Assembly (NCBI GenBank): GCA_964456515.1
Contig: CAYVZP010000001.1
Location: forward strand, 33,297 to 83,158
Origin: an uncultured Enterobacteriaceae bacterium
Lineage (GTDB): Bacteria > Pseudomonadota > Gammaproteobacteria > UBA6186 > Azoamicaceae
DNA length: 49,862 nt
Reading direction: 5' to 3'
The notes under the pieces were generated by a model, which was given only the letters and a program-made list of their open reading frames with translations, was not told the origin of the DNA and did not search any database. Shown piece after piece: positions 20,139 through 31,040 of this stretch (the first letter of the stretch is position 1; each line of letters begins with the position of its first letter). A program made the translations under genes and the position numbers.

Positions 20139-20552
20139 TTACATTTGTTTTGAAATAAATATAGTTTTTATTGGAAGTTTATACGCTGCTAATTTAAATG
20201 CAGTCATGGCTATATCTTTTGAGATGCCAGATATTTCAAATAAAATAGTGCCAGGATATACTGTGGCAACCCAATGATCAACATCCCCTTTTCCTTTACC
20301 CTGTCTTACTTCTATAGGCTTTTTAGAAACTGGTTTATCTGGAAAAATTCTAATCCAAATTTTACCACCTCTTTTCAAACATTTAGATATAACAATTCTT
20401 GTGGCTTCTATTTGTCGTGCGGTAATTCTATAATTATCTAATGATTTTAATCCATATTCACCAAATGCTACATAATGACCTTTTGTTGCAATACTTCGAT
20501 TACTAACATTTTTTTGTTGTTTTCTAAATTTCGTTCTTTTGGGTTGTAACAT
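20139..20552 (-). CDS. rplP: 50S ribosomal protein L16
   Basis: MLQPKRTKFRK, WIRIFPDKP, GKGKG. Confidence 0.98.
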   Translation of the reverse strand: MLQPKRTKFRKQQKNVSNRSIATKGHYVAFGEYGLKSLDNYRITARQIEATRIVISKCLKRGGKIWIRIFPDKPVSKKPIEVRQGKGKGDVDHWVATVYPGTILFEISGISKDIAMTAFKLAAYKLPIKTIFISKQM

Positions 20553-20577
20553 AAAACACCTTAATATTAATATATTT

Positions 20578-21216
20578 TTATTTTTTGAAAATTATATCAC
20601 CTTTATAAATCCAAACTTTTACACCTATTAATCCATAAATAGTGTTTGCAGCAACACATCCATAATCTATATCAGCTTTAAAAGTATGTAATGGAATTCT
20701 ACCTTCTTTATACCATTCGCGTCTAGCAATATCAGTTCCACCTAATCGTCCTGAAACAGATACTTTTATTCCTTTTGCACCATATTTAACGGCGCTTAAG
20801 ACAGCTCTTTTCATTGCGCGTCTAAATAACACTCTACGTTTTAATTGAATTGCTATATTATCAGCAACTAAATAAGCATCTAATTCAGGTTTTTTTATTT
20901 CTTCTACATTTATATTAACAGAAATGTTATATTTTTTAATTAAATTTGTTTTTAATTTTTCTATATCCTCACCTCTTTTACCTATAACAATTCCAGGTCT
21001 AGCTGTATTAATTATAATTTTAACATTTTGACCAATTCTTTCAATGAAAATTTTACTAATAGCGGCAGCCTTAGGTAAGGTAGATCTAATATATTTTCTA
21101 ATTTGAATATCACTTTTTAAGATATTTGCAAATGAATTACCATCTGGATACCAAAATGAATTGCTTTGTTTTATAAAACCTAGTCTTATGCCTATAGGAT
21201 TAACTTTTTGTCCCAT
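20578..21216 (-). CDS. rpsC: 30S ribosomal protein S3
   Basis: [28 protein letters not shown]. Confidence 0.98.
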   Translation of the reverse strand: MGQKVNPIGIRLGFIKQSNSFWYPDGNSFANILKSDIQIRKYIRSTLPKAAAISKIFIERIGQNVKIIINTARPGIVIGKRGEDIEKLKTNLIKKYNISVNINVEEIKKPELDAYLVADNIAIQLKRRVLFRRAMKRAVLSAVKYGAKGIKVSVSGRLGGTDIARREWYKEGRIPLHTFKADIDYGCVAANTIYGLIGVKVWIYKGDIIFKK

Positions 21217-21218
21217 AA

Positions 21219-21554
21219 TTACTCCTTTTCCTTCACATAAACAAATATGTGACTATTTCGTCTAATTATTTTATCTGATCTACCCTTAGCTCTCATCTTT
21301 AGTCGTTTAAAACTAGAAGCATTAGTAGAATAAATTTTACAAATATATAATTTATCAATATTTAAATTATTATTGTTTTCAGCATTTGCTAATACAGATA
21401 TTAATAATTTTTTTATTAAAAATGATGCCTTTTTATTACTAAAATTAAGTAAATTAATAGCGTATTCTATATTAAAACCTCTAATTGTATCAATTATTGG
21501 TTTAATTTTTTGATTAGATATTCTAACATTTTTTAAAATAGCAGATACTATCAT
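21219..21554 (-). CDS. rplV: 50S ribosomal protein L22
   Basis: ANAENN, RAKGR, SHI.V.V. Confidence 0.96.
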   Translation of the reverse strand: MIVSAILKNVRISNQKIKPIIDTIRGFNIEYAINLLNFSNKKASFLIKKLLISVLANAENNNNLNIDKLYICKIYSTNASSFKRLKMRAKGRSDKIIRRNSHIFVYVKEKE

Positions 21555-21569
21555 TTAAAATCCTTTATA

Positions 21570-21863
21570 CTAAACTTTACCTTTTTTTATATTTTTAAAT
21601 TTTGCTTTATCGCTGGAATGACCTTTAAACAATCTTGTTGGAGAAAATTCGCCTAGTTTATGACCAATCATATTTTCAGTAATAAATACAGAAATAAATT
21701 TTTTACCATTATGAACAGAAAATGTAAAACCAATCATATCAGGAATAATCATTGATCTTCTGGACCATGTTTTAATATTATTGTGCTTAGACGTGGAAGC
21801 GTGTCTAATTTTTTTTAACAAATGATAATCTACAAAAGGACCTTTTTTTAATGAACGAGTCAC
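21570..21863 (-). CDS. rpsS: 30S ribosomal protein S19
   Basis: [27 protein letters not shown]. Confidence 0.98.
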   Translation of the reverse strand: MTRSLKKGPFVDYHLLKKIRHASTSKHNNIKTWSRRSMIIPDMIGFTFSVHNGKKFISVFITENMIGHKLGEFSPTRLFKGHSSDKAKFKNIKKGKV

Positions 21864-21887
21864 AAAAACTCCTATAAATAATATAAT

Positions 21888-22715
21888 TTATTTTTTTCTT
21901 TTTTTAATAATTAATTTATGGCCGCGTTTTTTAGCCTTTCTAGTTACTGTGCCTTCCAATAAACCCCATGGACTACATGGATTTCGACCGCCAGATGTTT
22001 TACCTTCCCCCCCACCAAGTGGATGATCTATAGGGTTCATTGCCACACCTCTGACACGTGGTTTTTTTCCTAACCATCTGTTTCTACCAGCTTTACCAAG
22101 CTTTTGAAGATTATGCTTGCTTTTTGAAACAATGCCAATAGATGCAAAACAATCTAATAAAATTTTTCTAACCTCACCTGAACGCAATCTTATTGTAGCA
22201 TAAAGATCATCTTTAGCTAATAGCTGTCCATAACAGCCAGCGCTTCTAGCAAACTTTGCTCCAAGACCAGGAATAAATTCAATGCAATGTATTTGCGTTC
22301 CTAACGGGATGTTTTTTAATGGTAAACTATTTCCAATATTAATAGGGCTATTATAACCTGAGATAATTTTATCACCAACATTTAGTCCTTCAGAACATAT
22401 TATATAACGTCTTTCTCCATCATTATATAAAACTAATGCTATGTAAGGTGATCTATTGGGATCGTATTCTATGCGTTCAATTTTGCCAGAAATATTATAT
22501 TTATTTCTTTTCCAATCTATAATTCTATATTTTTTTTTATGTCCACCGCCACGTTTCCATACAGTTATTCTACCTTGATTATTACGACCTGATGAACGGA
22601 TTTTTGAGACAAGTAATTTCTTATACGGTTTGCCTTTATATAATTCTGTGTTTTTAACGCTAACAACACCTCGCATGCCTGGTGAGGTAGGTTTATATCT
22701 TTTTAATATAATCAT
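21888..22715 (-). CDS. rplB: 50S ribosomal protein L2
   Basis: [32 protein letters not shown]. Confidence 0.98.
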   Translation of the reverse strand: MIILKRYKPTSPGMRGVVSVKNTELYKGKPYKKLLVSKIRSSGRNNQGRITVWKRGGGHKKKYRIIDWKRNKYNISGKIERIEYDPNRSPYIALVLYNDGERRYIICSEGLNVGDKIISGYNSPINIGNSLPLKNIPLGTQIHCIEFIPGLGAKFARSAGCYGQLLAKDDLYATIRLRSGEVRKILLDCFASIGIVSKSKHNLQKLGKAGRNRWLGKKPRVRGVAMNPIDHPLGGGEGKTSGGRNPCSPWGLLEGTVTRKAKKRGHKLIIKKRKK

Positions 22716-22718
22716 AAT

Positions 22719-23015
22719 TTACTTAAATTCAGAAAAATTTATATCATAACCTTTTTTTAAACTTACAATAGCTTTTTTAAAATTTTTTTTTTTACCAATA
22801 AAATTTTTGAACTTCACTTTTTTGCCTTTAACATTTATTATGTTTACTGATAAAACATGTACATTAAAAATTTTTTCAATTGCATTTTTTATTGAATATT
22901 TATTAGAAAATTTATCAACTAAAAATGTAATAACATTAGATTTATTACTTAATCTAACTGTTTTTTCAGTGGAATATTGTCCCTTAATAATTTTATAAAA
23001 TTTTTTATCAATCAT
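22719..23015 (-). CDS. rplW: 50S ribosomal protein L23
   Basis: TEK, IK.AIE.IF.V.V..VN, KKAIV.L..G. Confidence 0.95.
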   Translation of the reverse strand: MIDKKFYKIIKGQYSTEKTVRLSNKSNVITFLVDKFSNKYSIKNAIEKIFNVHVLSVNIINVKGKKVKFKNFIGKKKNFKKAIVSLKKGYDINFSEFK

Positions 23016-23632
23016 TTAAAACACTCTTCAATATTTTTTATAGCAACCTGTGTTATTAAAATAGTATTATATTTTAATAATAAAAAAGGATTTAAATTAT
23101 TATAACAAATAACACATATATTTTTTAAATTTTTAGTAGCAAAATAAATGTTTGTTGATACAGATTCTAAAATTAATAAAAAAGAAGATGAGGTAACAAA
23201 AAAATTAATATTATTTAAAAAATCTTTTGTTTTATTGGTGTTTAAATCAATATCATAAATAATTTTAATTTTATTATCACGAAATAATTGAGACAAAATC
23301 ATTTTCATGCCTAGTTTATAAACTTTTTTATTAATTTTTTTAATATGTTTCATAATACCTTTAGCTGCAAATATTTTACCACCACCTTTCCATAACGGGC
23401 TTCTAATACTACCAACTCTAGCTCTACCACTGCCTTTTTGTTTCCATGGTTTTTTACCACCGCCACGTACTTCTGATCTAGATTTGTGTTTTTTTACACC
23501 TATATGAGAATTCCAAATATAAGAAACAATTAATTGATGAACTAACGCTTCATTATAATCTAAATTAAAAATAAATGGTGCTATTTTAATAATATTTATA
23601 TCGCCATTTTTTTTTAAAACTGAACATTCCAT
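23012..23632 (-). CDS. rplD: 50S ribosomal protein L4
   Basis: RSEVRGGGKKPWKQKGSGRAR.GSIRSP.W.GGG. Confidence 0.97.
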   Translation of the reverse strand: MECSVLKKNGDINIIKIAPFIFNLDYNEALVHQLIVSYIWNSHIGVKKHKSRSEVRGGGKKPWKQKGSGRARVGSIRSPLWKGGGKIFAAKGIMKHIKKINKKVYKLGMKMILSQLFRDNKIKIIYDIDLNTNKTKDFLNNINFFVTSSSFLLILESVSTNIYFATKNLKNICVICYNNLNPFLLLKYNTILITQVAIKNIEECFK

Positions 23633-23654
23633 ATATTATACTCACTTACGTTTA

Positions 23655-24284
23655 TTATAAACATTTTTTTAAAATCACCTTACTTCCAGGAAATCCTGGA
23701 ACTGCACCTTTTAATAAAATTATATTTTTATTTGTGTATAAATTAATAACATCTAAATTTTTAATAGTAACATTTGTTCCACCTAATCTGCCAGCCATTT
23801 TCTTTCCTTTAAAAACCTTACCAGGATCTTGACACTGGCCTATAGAGCCTGGAACTCTATGTGATAAAGAATTACCGTGTGTAGCTCTTTGCATACTAAA
23901 ATTATAACGTTTAACCACTCCAGCAAAACCCTTTCCTTTGGATACTCCAGAAATGTTTAATTTTGTAACATTTGCGAATATAGATGTGGGTATTTCATCG
24001 CCAATTGATAAACCATTTATTTCATTTTTTTCAATACAAAATTCATGCATATATTTTAAATTATCAAGTCCTATTTTTTTATAAATACCAATTAAAGATT
24101 TTGATAATTTATAATCTTTAATAAAACAGGCGGAAACTTTTAAACAATACTGTTTTTTAGCTTTTAATTTAATATCTATAATATAATTTTTATAAATTTT
24201 AATAACTGTTACAGGTATTGATAAACCACTAGATGTAAAAAATCTAGTCATACCACATTTATATGCAATAACACGAATTCCCAT
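23655..24284 (-). CDS. rplC: 50S ribosomal protein L3
   Basis: K.GMT, SKGKGFAGVVKR, HGNSLSHR.PGSIG, GKKMAG; GAGGA SD before the ATG at 24284. Confidence 0.97.
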   Translation of the reverse strand: MGIRVIAYKCGMTRFFTSSGLSIPVTVIKIYKNYIIDIKLKAKKQYCLKVSACFIKDYKLSKSLIGIYKKIGLDNLKYMHEFCIEKNEINGLSIGDEIPTSIFANVTKLNISGVSKGKGFAGVVKRYNFSMQRATHGNSLSHRVPGSIGQCQDPGKVFKGKKMAGRLGGTNVTIKNLDVINLYTNKNIILLKGAVPGFPGSKVILKKCL

Positions 24285-24298
24285 AAAAATCCTCATTT

Positions 24299-24616
24299 TT
24301 AACTAACAGATATTTTAATATCAACACCGGCGGACAAATCTAATCGCATTAACGCATTAACAGTTTTGTCAGTTGGGTCGACTATAATAATTAATCTTTT
24401 ATGTGTTCTAATTTCATATTGATCTCTAGCGTTTTTATTAACATGAGGTGATATTAATAATGTAAATCGTTCTATATAAGTAGGTAATGGGATAGGCCCA
24501 TTTACTTTAGCTCCAGTTTTTTTTGCAGTTTCAACAATCTCTTTTGTGGATTGATCAATTACTTTATGATCGTATGATTTTAATTTAATTCTAATAGTTT
24601 GATTACGAGTTGTCAT
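24299..24616 (-). CDS. rpsJ: 30S ribosomal protein S10
   Basis: [35 protein letters not shown]. Confidence 0.98.
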   Translation of the reverse strand: MTTRNQTIRIKLKSYDHKVIDQSTKEIVETAKKTGAKVNGPIPLPTYIERFTLLISPHVNKNARDQYEIRTHKRLIIIVDPTDKTVNALMRLDLSAGVDIKISVS

Positions 24617-24630
24617 ATTTTTTTATTTAT

Positions 24631-26703
24631 TCAAGTTTTATTTAATAAATTGTTTAATATATTTTCAGGAACTGGTAAATATGAGTTAAATTCCATGCTA
24701 TAACTTACCCTGCCTTGTGTAATTGATCTTAAAACAGTGGAATAACCAAAAAGTTCAGACAAGGGAACCCTGCTTTTTATTTCCTTCCCAGAAATTATAT
24801 CATTTATTTCCTGAATAACTCCTCTTTTTTTATTTAAATCACCAATTATTTCACCCAAATAATTAGTAGGTGAAATAATATTTACTAACATTATTGGTTC
24901 TAATAATATTAATTTAGCTTTAATGGCGCCATCCCTAAAAGCTTTAGCTGCCGCATTTTTAAAAGCCATCTCACTAGAATCAACATCATGAAACGAACCA
25001 TCAAGTAATGTAACTTTAATATCAACCATGGGATAGCCGGCAAGAACACCTGTTTGTATTTTTTCTATAACACCTTTTTTTACTGCTGGTATATATTCTT
25101 TAGGTATAGATCCACCAAATATTTTATTTAAAAAGATAAAACCGGTTCCAGATTTTATAGGTTCTATAGTTATAACAACATGTCCATATTGACCTCTGCC
25201 ACCAGATTGACGTATATACTTACCTTCTTGTTTAACTTTATTTAAAATCGTTTCCCTGTAAGCAACCTTTGGTTTACCTACATTAGAATTTACAAGATAT
25301 TCCCTTTTCAATCGTTCAACAATTATTTCAAGATGTAATTCACCCATTCCAGATAATATTGTTTGTGATGATTCTACATCAACAGATATTCTTAAAGATG
25401 GATCTTCTGTTGATAATTTTTTTAATGCTAATCCCATTTTTTCTTGATCATGTTTAGTTTTAGGTTCTATTGCAACGGATATAACTGATTCTGGAAATAT
25501 AATTTTTTCTAAAACAATATTAGATCCAATGGAACATAAGGTGTCGCCAGTTGTTGTATATTTTAATCCAATTACTGCAGCTATATCTCCAGCTTTAATG
25601 GATTTAATTTCCTCTCTGGAATTTGCATGCATAAGTAATATTCTACCAATACGTTCTTTTTTATTTTTTGTGCTATTATAAACAACGTCGCCGGAATTAA
25701 CAGTGCCTGTATATAGTCTAATATATGTTAATATTCCAACGAATGAATCTGAAACTATTTTAAATGACAATCCTACAAATTTTTGATTTTCTAAATCACA
25801 CCCATCTATCATTTTAATACTTTTATCATAAATAATATCATTTGGCGATGGTAAATATTGTACAATAGAATCTAATAATAATTGAATACCTTTATTTTTA
25901 AACGCTGATCCACATAACACAATAATTGTTTCACTTTTAATAACAGAATTTCTTAATCCAAAATATATATTAGTTAAATTTAGAGTAGATGTATTAATAA
26001 ATTCTTCCATTAATTCTTCAGATGTTTCTGCAATTGATTCTAATAAAATGTTTTTGTATTTTGTGTAATTAGGAATACATGTGTCAGGAATATCATTATA
26101 CTGATAATTAGAACCATAATCACTGGAACTCCATGTAATTAATTTGGCTTTTATTAAATCTATAATACCAATAAATTCATCTTTTTCATAATATGGAATT
26201 TGAATAGGCACTGGTTTAATATTGAAACGTTTGTGTATGTTTTTTAATACAGAATAAAAATTTGCTCCAGGTCTATCCATTTTATTTATAAATACTATTC
26301 TAGGAACATTATATTTGTTAGCTTGTCTCCAAACGGTTTCTGACTGTGGTTCAACGCCGCCAACAGCACAAAAAACGCCTATAGCGCCATCTAATACACG
26401 TAAAGATCGTTCAACCTCAATAGTAAAGTCAACATGTCCAGGTGTATCTATAATATTTATTCTATATAAATCATCATCAAGTGACCAAAAGCATGTTGTT
26501 GCTGCAGATGTAATAGTTATACCACGTTCTTGTTCCTGTTCCATCCAATCCATGGTGGCTGCACCTTCATGAACCTCACCAATTTTATGTGATACACCTG
26601 TATAAAATAATATTCTTTCAGTAATAGTTGTTTTACCAGCATCTATATGAGCTATAATACCTATATTTCTGTATCTTTTTACATCTATTTTATTTTTAAA
26701 CAT
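24631..26703 (-). CDS. fusA: Elongation factor G
   Basis: [43 protein letters not shown]. Confidence 0.98.
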   Translation of the reverse strand: MFKNKIDVKRYRNIGIIAHIDAGKTTITERILFYTGVSHKIGEVHEGAATMDWMEQEQERGITITSAATTCFWSLDDDLYRINIIDTPGHVDFTIEVERSLRVLDGAIGVFCAVGGVEPQSETVWRQANKYNVPRIVFINKMDRPGANFYSVLKNIHKRFNIKPVPIQIPYYEKDEFIGIIDLIKAKLITWSSSDYGSNYQYNDIPDTCIPNYTKYKNILLESIAETSEELMEEFINTSTLNLTNIYFGLRNSVIKSETIIVLCGSAFKNKGIQLLLDSIVQYLPSPNDIIYDKSIKMIDGCDLENQKFVGLSFKIVSDSFVGILTYIRLYTGTVNSGDVVYNSTKNKKERIGRILLMHANSREEIKSIKAGDIAAVIGLKYTTTGDTLCSIGSNIVLEKIIFPESVISVAIEPKTKHDQEKMGLALKKLSTEDPSLRISVDVESSQTILSGMGELHLEIIVERLKREYLVNSNVGKPKVAYRETILNKVKQEGKYIRQSGGRGQYGHVVITIEPIKSGTGFIFLNKIFGGSIPKEYIPAVKKGVIEKIQTGVLAGYPMVDIKVTLLDGSFHDVDSSEMAFKNAAAKAFRDGAIKAKLILLEPIMLVNIISPTNYLGEIIGDLNKKRGVIQEINDIISGKEIKSRVPLSELFGYSTVLRSITQGRVSYSMEFNSYLPVPENILNNLLNKT

Positions 26704-26713
26704 TAACTACCTT

Positions 26714-27211
26714 TTACCATCTATAATGTGCAAAAGCTCTATTGGCTTCCGCCATGCGATGAGTATCTTCACGTTTTTTTATAGCACCACCCCTGCCTAT
26801 ACTATTTCCTATTGAATGACTTTCATCAGCAGCTTCAATTATTTCAAAAGCTAATTTAAACATCATATTTTTTTCATTTCGTTTTCTTGAAAAATCAACC
26901 AACCATCTCATTGCTAACGTTGTTGCTCTTTTAGGCTTGACTTCAACTGGAACTTGATATGTAGCACCACCAACTCTTCTTGATCTAACTTCAACTATCG
27001 GTTTAATATGTTCTAAAGCCTTGCAAAAAACAATCATAGGATCCATATTAGTTTTTTCTTTAATAATATTTAAAGAACCATAGACTATACTTTCTGCAAT
27101 AGATTTTTTTCCAGCTACCATAATATAATTAATAAATTTAGATAATAAAGAATTATCATATATTATATCTGGTTTAACCTTATTTTTAATTTTTATTTTC
27201 TTTCTCGACAT
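26714..27211 (-). CDS. rpsG: 30S ribosomal protein S7 (with a short insertion)
   Basis: [29 protein letters not shown]. Confidence 0.98.
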   Translation of the reverse strand: MSRKKIKIKNKVKPDIIYDNSLLSKFINYIMVAGKKSIAESIVYGSLNIIKEKTNMDPMIVFCKALEHIKPIVEVRSRRVGGATYQVPVEVKPKRATTLAMRWLVDFSRKRNEKNMMFKLAFEIIEAADESHSIGNSIGRGGAIKKREDTHRMAEANRAFAHYRW

Positions 27212-27225
27212 AAAAATTCTCTTAA

Positions 27226-27600
27226 TTAATTCTTAGATTTCTTTACACCATATTTAGATCTAGATTGTTTTCTACCTTCCACGCCCGTTGCATCAAGAGC
27301 GCCTCTAATAACTTTATATTTAACACCAGGCAAGTCTTGCACTCTTCCGCCTCTTATTAAAACCACAGAATGTTCTTGTAATGAATGACCAACTCCTTGT
27401 ATATATGCTATCACTTCATTTCCATTAGTTAATCTCACTCTACATACTTTTCTTAGAGCTGAATTTGGTTTTTTAGGTTTCACTGTATAAACTTTTAAAC
27501 ATACACCTCTTTTTTGAGGATTTGCTTGCAATGCAGGAGTTTTGCTTGCTAGTTTTTTCTTTAATCTACCATATTTTATTAATTGATTAATTGTAACCAT
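27226..27600 (-). CDS. rpsL: 30S ribosomal protein S12
   Basis: [26 protein letters not shown]. Confidence 0.98.
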   Translation of the reverse strand: MVTINQLIKYGRLKKKLASKTPALQANPQKRGVCLKVYTVKPKKPNSALRKVCRVRLTNGNEVIAYIQGVGHSLQEHSVVLIRGGRVQDLPGVKYKVIRGALDATGVEGRKQSRSKYGVKKSKN

Positions 27601-27642
27601 AATAATAATTTGTTTTAAAATAAAAAGATGTTAATTGATATA

Positions 27643-27671
27643 ATAATAAAATATATAAAAAAAATATACAA
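27643..27671 (-). promoter_or_regulatory. Candidate sigma70 promoter of the str/S10/spc transcript
   Basis: Minus-strand TTGTAT-N17-TATTAT upstream of rpsL. Confidence 0.45.
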
Positions 27672-27691
27672 TTTTAATAACTAAAAAACAG

Positions 27692-27719
27692 TTGAACAGA
27701 AATAAATAATATATATAAT
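27692..27719 (+). promoter_or_regulatory. Candidate sigma70 promoter of adk-valS
   Basis: TTGAAC-N16-TATAAT. Confidence 0.4.
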
Positions 27720-27748
27720 ATAAAATAAATATATAAAGTCATATAATA

Positions 27749-28366
27749 ATGAATATAATAATAATAGGTGCTCCAGGATCAGGTAAAGGAATGCAAGCTA
27801 ATTTATTAAAAAATAAATTTAATATGAATTATATATCAACAGGAAATATTTTAAGAAATGAAATTGAAAAAAAAACTGCAGTATCAAATGATATATTAAC
27901 ATGCATGTCTAAAGGATTATTAATAAATAATAAAATATTATTTTATTTATTAAAAAAAAATCTTAAAAAACAAACATTATTAGATGGTTTTCCACGAACT
28001 TTAGAACAAGCAATATATTTAACTAAAATTAAATTTAAAATTGATTATATAGTAAAAATAAATATAGATATAAAAATATTACTTAAAAGAATTAAATACA
28101 GGGTTATAAATAAAAATACAGATAATATATATAATATATTATTTAATCAACCAAAAATAAAATACATTGATAATATGTCAGGTTCATATTTAATTAGTAG
28201 ATGTGATGATAATTATAATGTTATTGATAGACGATTAAAAGAGTATAATAAAAATATATTGAAAATTATGCAATATTATTTATGTAATAATATTCCTATA
28301 ATAAATGTAAACGGATCTGATAATCCATTATCAATATTTAATTTTATAATACAAGAAATAAAATGA
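27749..28366 (+). CDS. adk: Adenylate kinase
   Basis: GAPGSGKG P-loop, ISTG.ILR, LDGFPRTL.QA, LID remnant with R.DD. Confidence 0.95.
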   Translation: MNIIIIGAPGSGKGMQANLLKNKFNMNYISTGNILRNEIEKKTAVSNDILTCMSKGLLINNKILFYLLKKNLKKQTLLDGFPRTLEQAIYLTKIKFKIDYIVKINIDIKILLKRIKYRVINKNTDNIYNILFNQPKIKYIDNMSGSYLISRCDDNYNVIDRRLKEYNKNILKIMQYYLCNNIPIINVNGSDNPLSIFNFIIQEIK

Positions 28367-31029
28367 ATAAAATATATGATCATACTGATTTAAATAAAAA
28401 TTGGCAAGTTGTATGGAAAAAAAAAAAACAATTTTTACCAAATTATAATAATAATAATAAATATTGTATCACAATTCCGCCGCCAAATATAACAGGTAAA
28501 TTACATATGGGGCATGCATTTCAATGTACATTAATGGATATTTTAATAAGATATTATAAAATGAATGGTTATTGTACTTTATGGAAACTTGGCACAGATC
28601 ATGCTGGCATTGCTTCTCAAATATTAATTGAACAAAAATTTAAATGTAATAATAAAAGTACATTACAGAAATATAGTTTAAAATGGAAAAAACGTGGTAT
28701 TATTAAAATAAAAAACCAAATAGATAATTTAGGTTTTTTAGTTAATTGGAATACAAGTCGATTTACACTTGATAAACATTTTTGTTATGCTGTAAAAACA
28801 GCATTTATTAAATTATATAATGAAAAATTAATATATAAATCAAAAAAAATAGTAAATTGGGATACAAAATTAAAAACTGCTATATCAGATTTAGAAACAA
28901 TATATAAAAAAACTACATCACAATTATTTTATATAAAATATAAAATTCATAATTCAAATAATAATATTATTATTGCAACAACAAGACCGGAAACAATTTT
29001 TGCTGATACAGCTATAGCAATTAATCCTAATGATATACGATATAAACATTTAATTAATAAAAAAATTATTGTTCCAATAATAAATAAAATAATACCTATA
29101 ATAGTAGATGAGGCTGTTGATATAAATTTTGGGACAGGTTGTTTAAAAATTACTCCTGCGCATGATTTCAGTGATTTTGAAATAGGTCAAAAACATCAGT
29201 TACCTATAATAAATATATTTAATAAAAATGGTACGCTTAATCAAAATGCGTCAAAACATTATATCAATTTAACTATAGAAATCGCTAAAAAAAAAATCGT
29301 TAATGATTTAACGCAGGCTGATTTAATATATAAGGTAGAAACATATGAAAATAAAATACCTTATGGAGATAGAAGTGGAAGTATAATTGAACCACTGTTA
29401 ACAACACAATGGTATATAAAAACCAAACCATTAATTTTACCAGTAAAAAATATTATTCAAAATGATAAAATAAAAATAATACCAATTAAGTGGAAAAAAA
29501 TATTCATAGATTGGATAAATAATATTAAAGATTGGTGTATAAGTAGACAAATATGGTGGGGGCATAAAATACCAATATGGTATGATACACATGATAATGA
29601 ATATGTTGGTCAAAATATACAACATATTATACAAAAATATAATTTAGATAAGACAATTGTGTTAAGGCAGGATGTAAATATATTAGATACGTGGTTTTCT
29701 TCAGCTTTATGGCCGTTTGCAAGTTTAGGATGGCCAAAAAATAGTATAGAATTTAAATGTTTTTATCCAACAAATACACTTATAACTGGTTTTGATATAA
29801 TATTTTTTTGGGTTATAAGAATGATAATGTTTAGTATTAAATTTACAAATCAAATACCATTTAAAGAAATTTATGTTCATGGATTATTAAGAGATCATAA
29901 AGGAACTAAAATGTCGAAGACAAAAGGCAATGTAATAGATCCAATGGATATAATAAATGGTATAAGTAAAAAAGATTTAATAAAAAAACAAATAACAAAT
30001 TTAATGACAGATAAAGTAAAAAAAGATATTATTAATAACATTAATACATCCTTTCCGGCAGGCATTAAGGCGTATGGCAATGATTCGTTAAGATTAATGT
30101 TATCTTCAATTTCAACTGATAGCATGTCTTTAAAAATAGATTTAAAAAAATTTGATAAATATAAAAATTTTTGTAATAAAATATGGAACGCGTCAAAATT
30201 TTTAATTTTTGTTATAAGTGCTAATGATGTTGACATATTTAATAGACATACGTTATATGATACCTGGATTAATTTAGAATGGGATTTATTAAAAAAAAAA
30301 ATTAAAATAAATATAGAACAACGGAATTTTTTTTTAGCAAATAATAATATATATAATTTTTTTTGGAATGAATTTTGTGATTGGTATATAGAAATAACAA
30401 AAATTTTATATAAATTAAATAAATATCGATATAATAATAAAAAAAATATTAAAAAAATATTTAAAGAATTTTTAATATTATTACATCCATTTGCGCCGAT
30501 AATAACTGAGGAAATATGGTATAATATATATGATAAACATCAAAACATATTATTTCAAAACTATCCTGTTTCAAAACATATAAGTAATATTATAATAATA
30601 AAAAAAATAATAAAATTAAAAAATATATGTACTATAATTAGAAAAAATAAACAAATAATTGTTAAAAATAATAAATTATCATTATTTTTTAAAACATATT
30701 ATGATTTAAATCAATTTGAATACATTCAAACAGTAATAAAAAAAATATTAAAAATTAACAATATTATATTTTCAAAAAATATATTATATAATAATAATTA
30801 TAATTTTAAAATATCAAATGATATATTAATTATAATAAAAAATTATATTAAAGCTAATGAAACCATTAAATTAAAACAAATAAATAAAATATTAAAACAA
30901 ATTAAAGGTATAGAAACCACTTTGCAAAATAAATTGTTTATACAGAATGTAGATAAAAATATAATAAATAAAAAAATAATTAAAGTAGAACAACTTAAAA
31001 TTAAAATTAATAATATTAAAAACACATAA
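28363..31029 (+). CDS. valS: Valine-tRNA ligase
   Basis: PPPNITGKLHMGHA, DHAGIA, ATTRPET, WCISRQIWWGH, KMSKT. Confidence 0.97.
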   Translation: MNKIYDHTDLNKNWQVVWKKKKQFLPNYNNNNKYCITIPPPNITGKLHMGHAFQCTLMDILIRYYKMNGYCTLWKLGTDHAGIASQILIEQKFKCNNKSTLQKYSLKWKKRGIIKIKNQIDNLGFLVNWNTSRFTLDKHFCYAVKTAFIKLYNEKLIYKSKKIVNWDTKLKTAISDLETIYKKTTSQLFYIKYKIHNSNNNIIIATTRPETIFADTAIAINPNDIRYKHLINKKIIVPIINKIIPIIVDEAVDINFGTGCLKITPAHDFSDFEIGQKHQLPIINIFNKNGTLNQNASKHYINLTIEIAKKKIVNDLTQADLIYKVETYENKIPYGDRSGSIIEPLLTTQWYIKTKPLILPVKNIIQNDKIKIIPIKWKKIFIDWINNIKDWCISRQIWWGHKIPIWYDTHDNEYVGQNIQHIIQKYNLDKTIVLRQDVNILDTWFSSALWPFASLGWPKNSIEFKCFYPTNTLITGFDIIFFWVIRMIMFSIKFTNQIPFKEIYVHGLLRDHKGTKMSKTKGNVIDPMDIINGISKKDLIKKQITNLMTDKVKKDIINNINTSFPAGIKAYGNDSLRLMLSSISTDSMSLKIDLKKFDKYKNFCNKIWNASKFLIFVISANDVDIFNRHTLYDTWINLEWDLLKKKIKINIEQRNFFLANNNIYNFFWNEFCDWYIEITKILYKLNKYRYNNKKNIKKIFKEFLILLHPFAPIITEEIWYNIYDKHQNILFQNYPVSKHISNIIIIKKIIKLKNICTIIRKNKQIIVKNNKLSLFFKTYYDLNQFEYIQTVIKKILKINNIIFSKNILYNNNYNFKISNDILIIIKNYIKANETIKLKQINKILKQIKGIETTLQNKLFIQNVDKNIINKKIIKVEQLKIKINNIKNT

Positions 31030-31040
31030 TAAGAAAAGTG

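Noticed and set aside
19693..24633. UGA-to-Trp recoding as in some tiny genomes
   Set aside because: TGA terminates fusA, rplD, rpmC and rpsQ at the expected lengths (often as ATGA overlaps), and the conserved Trp codons checked are TGG.
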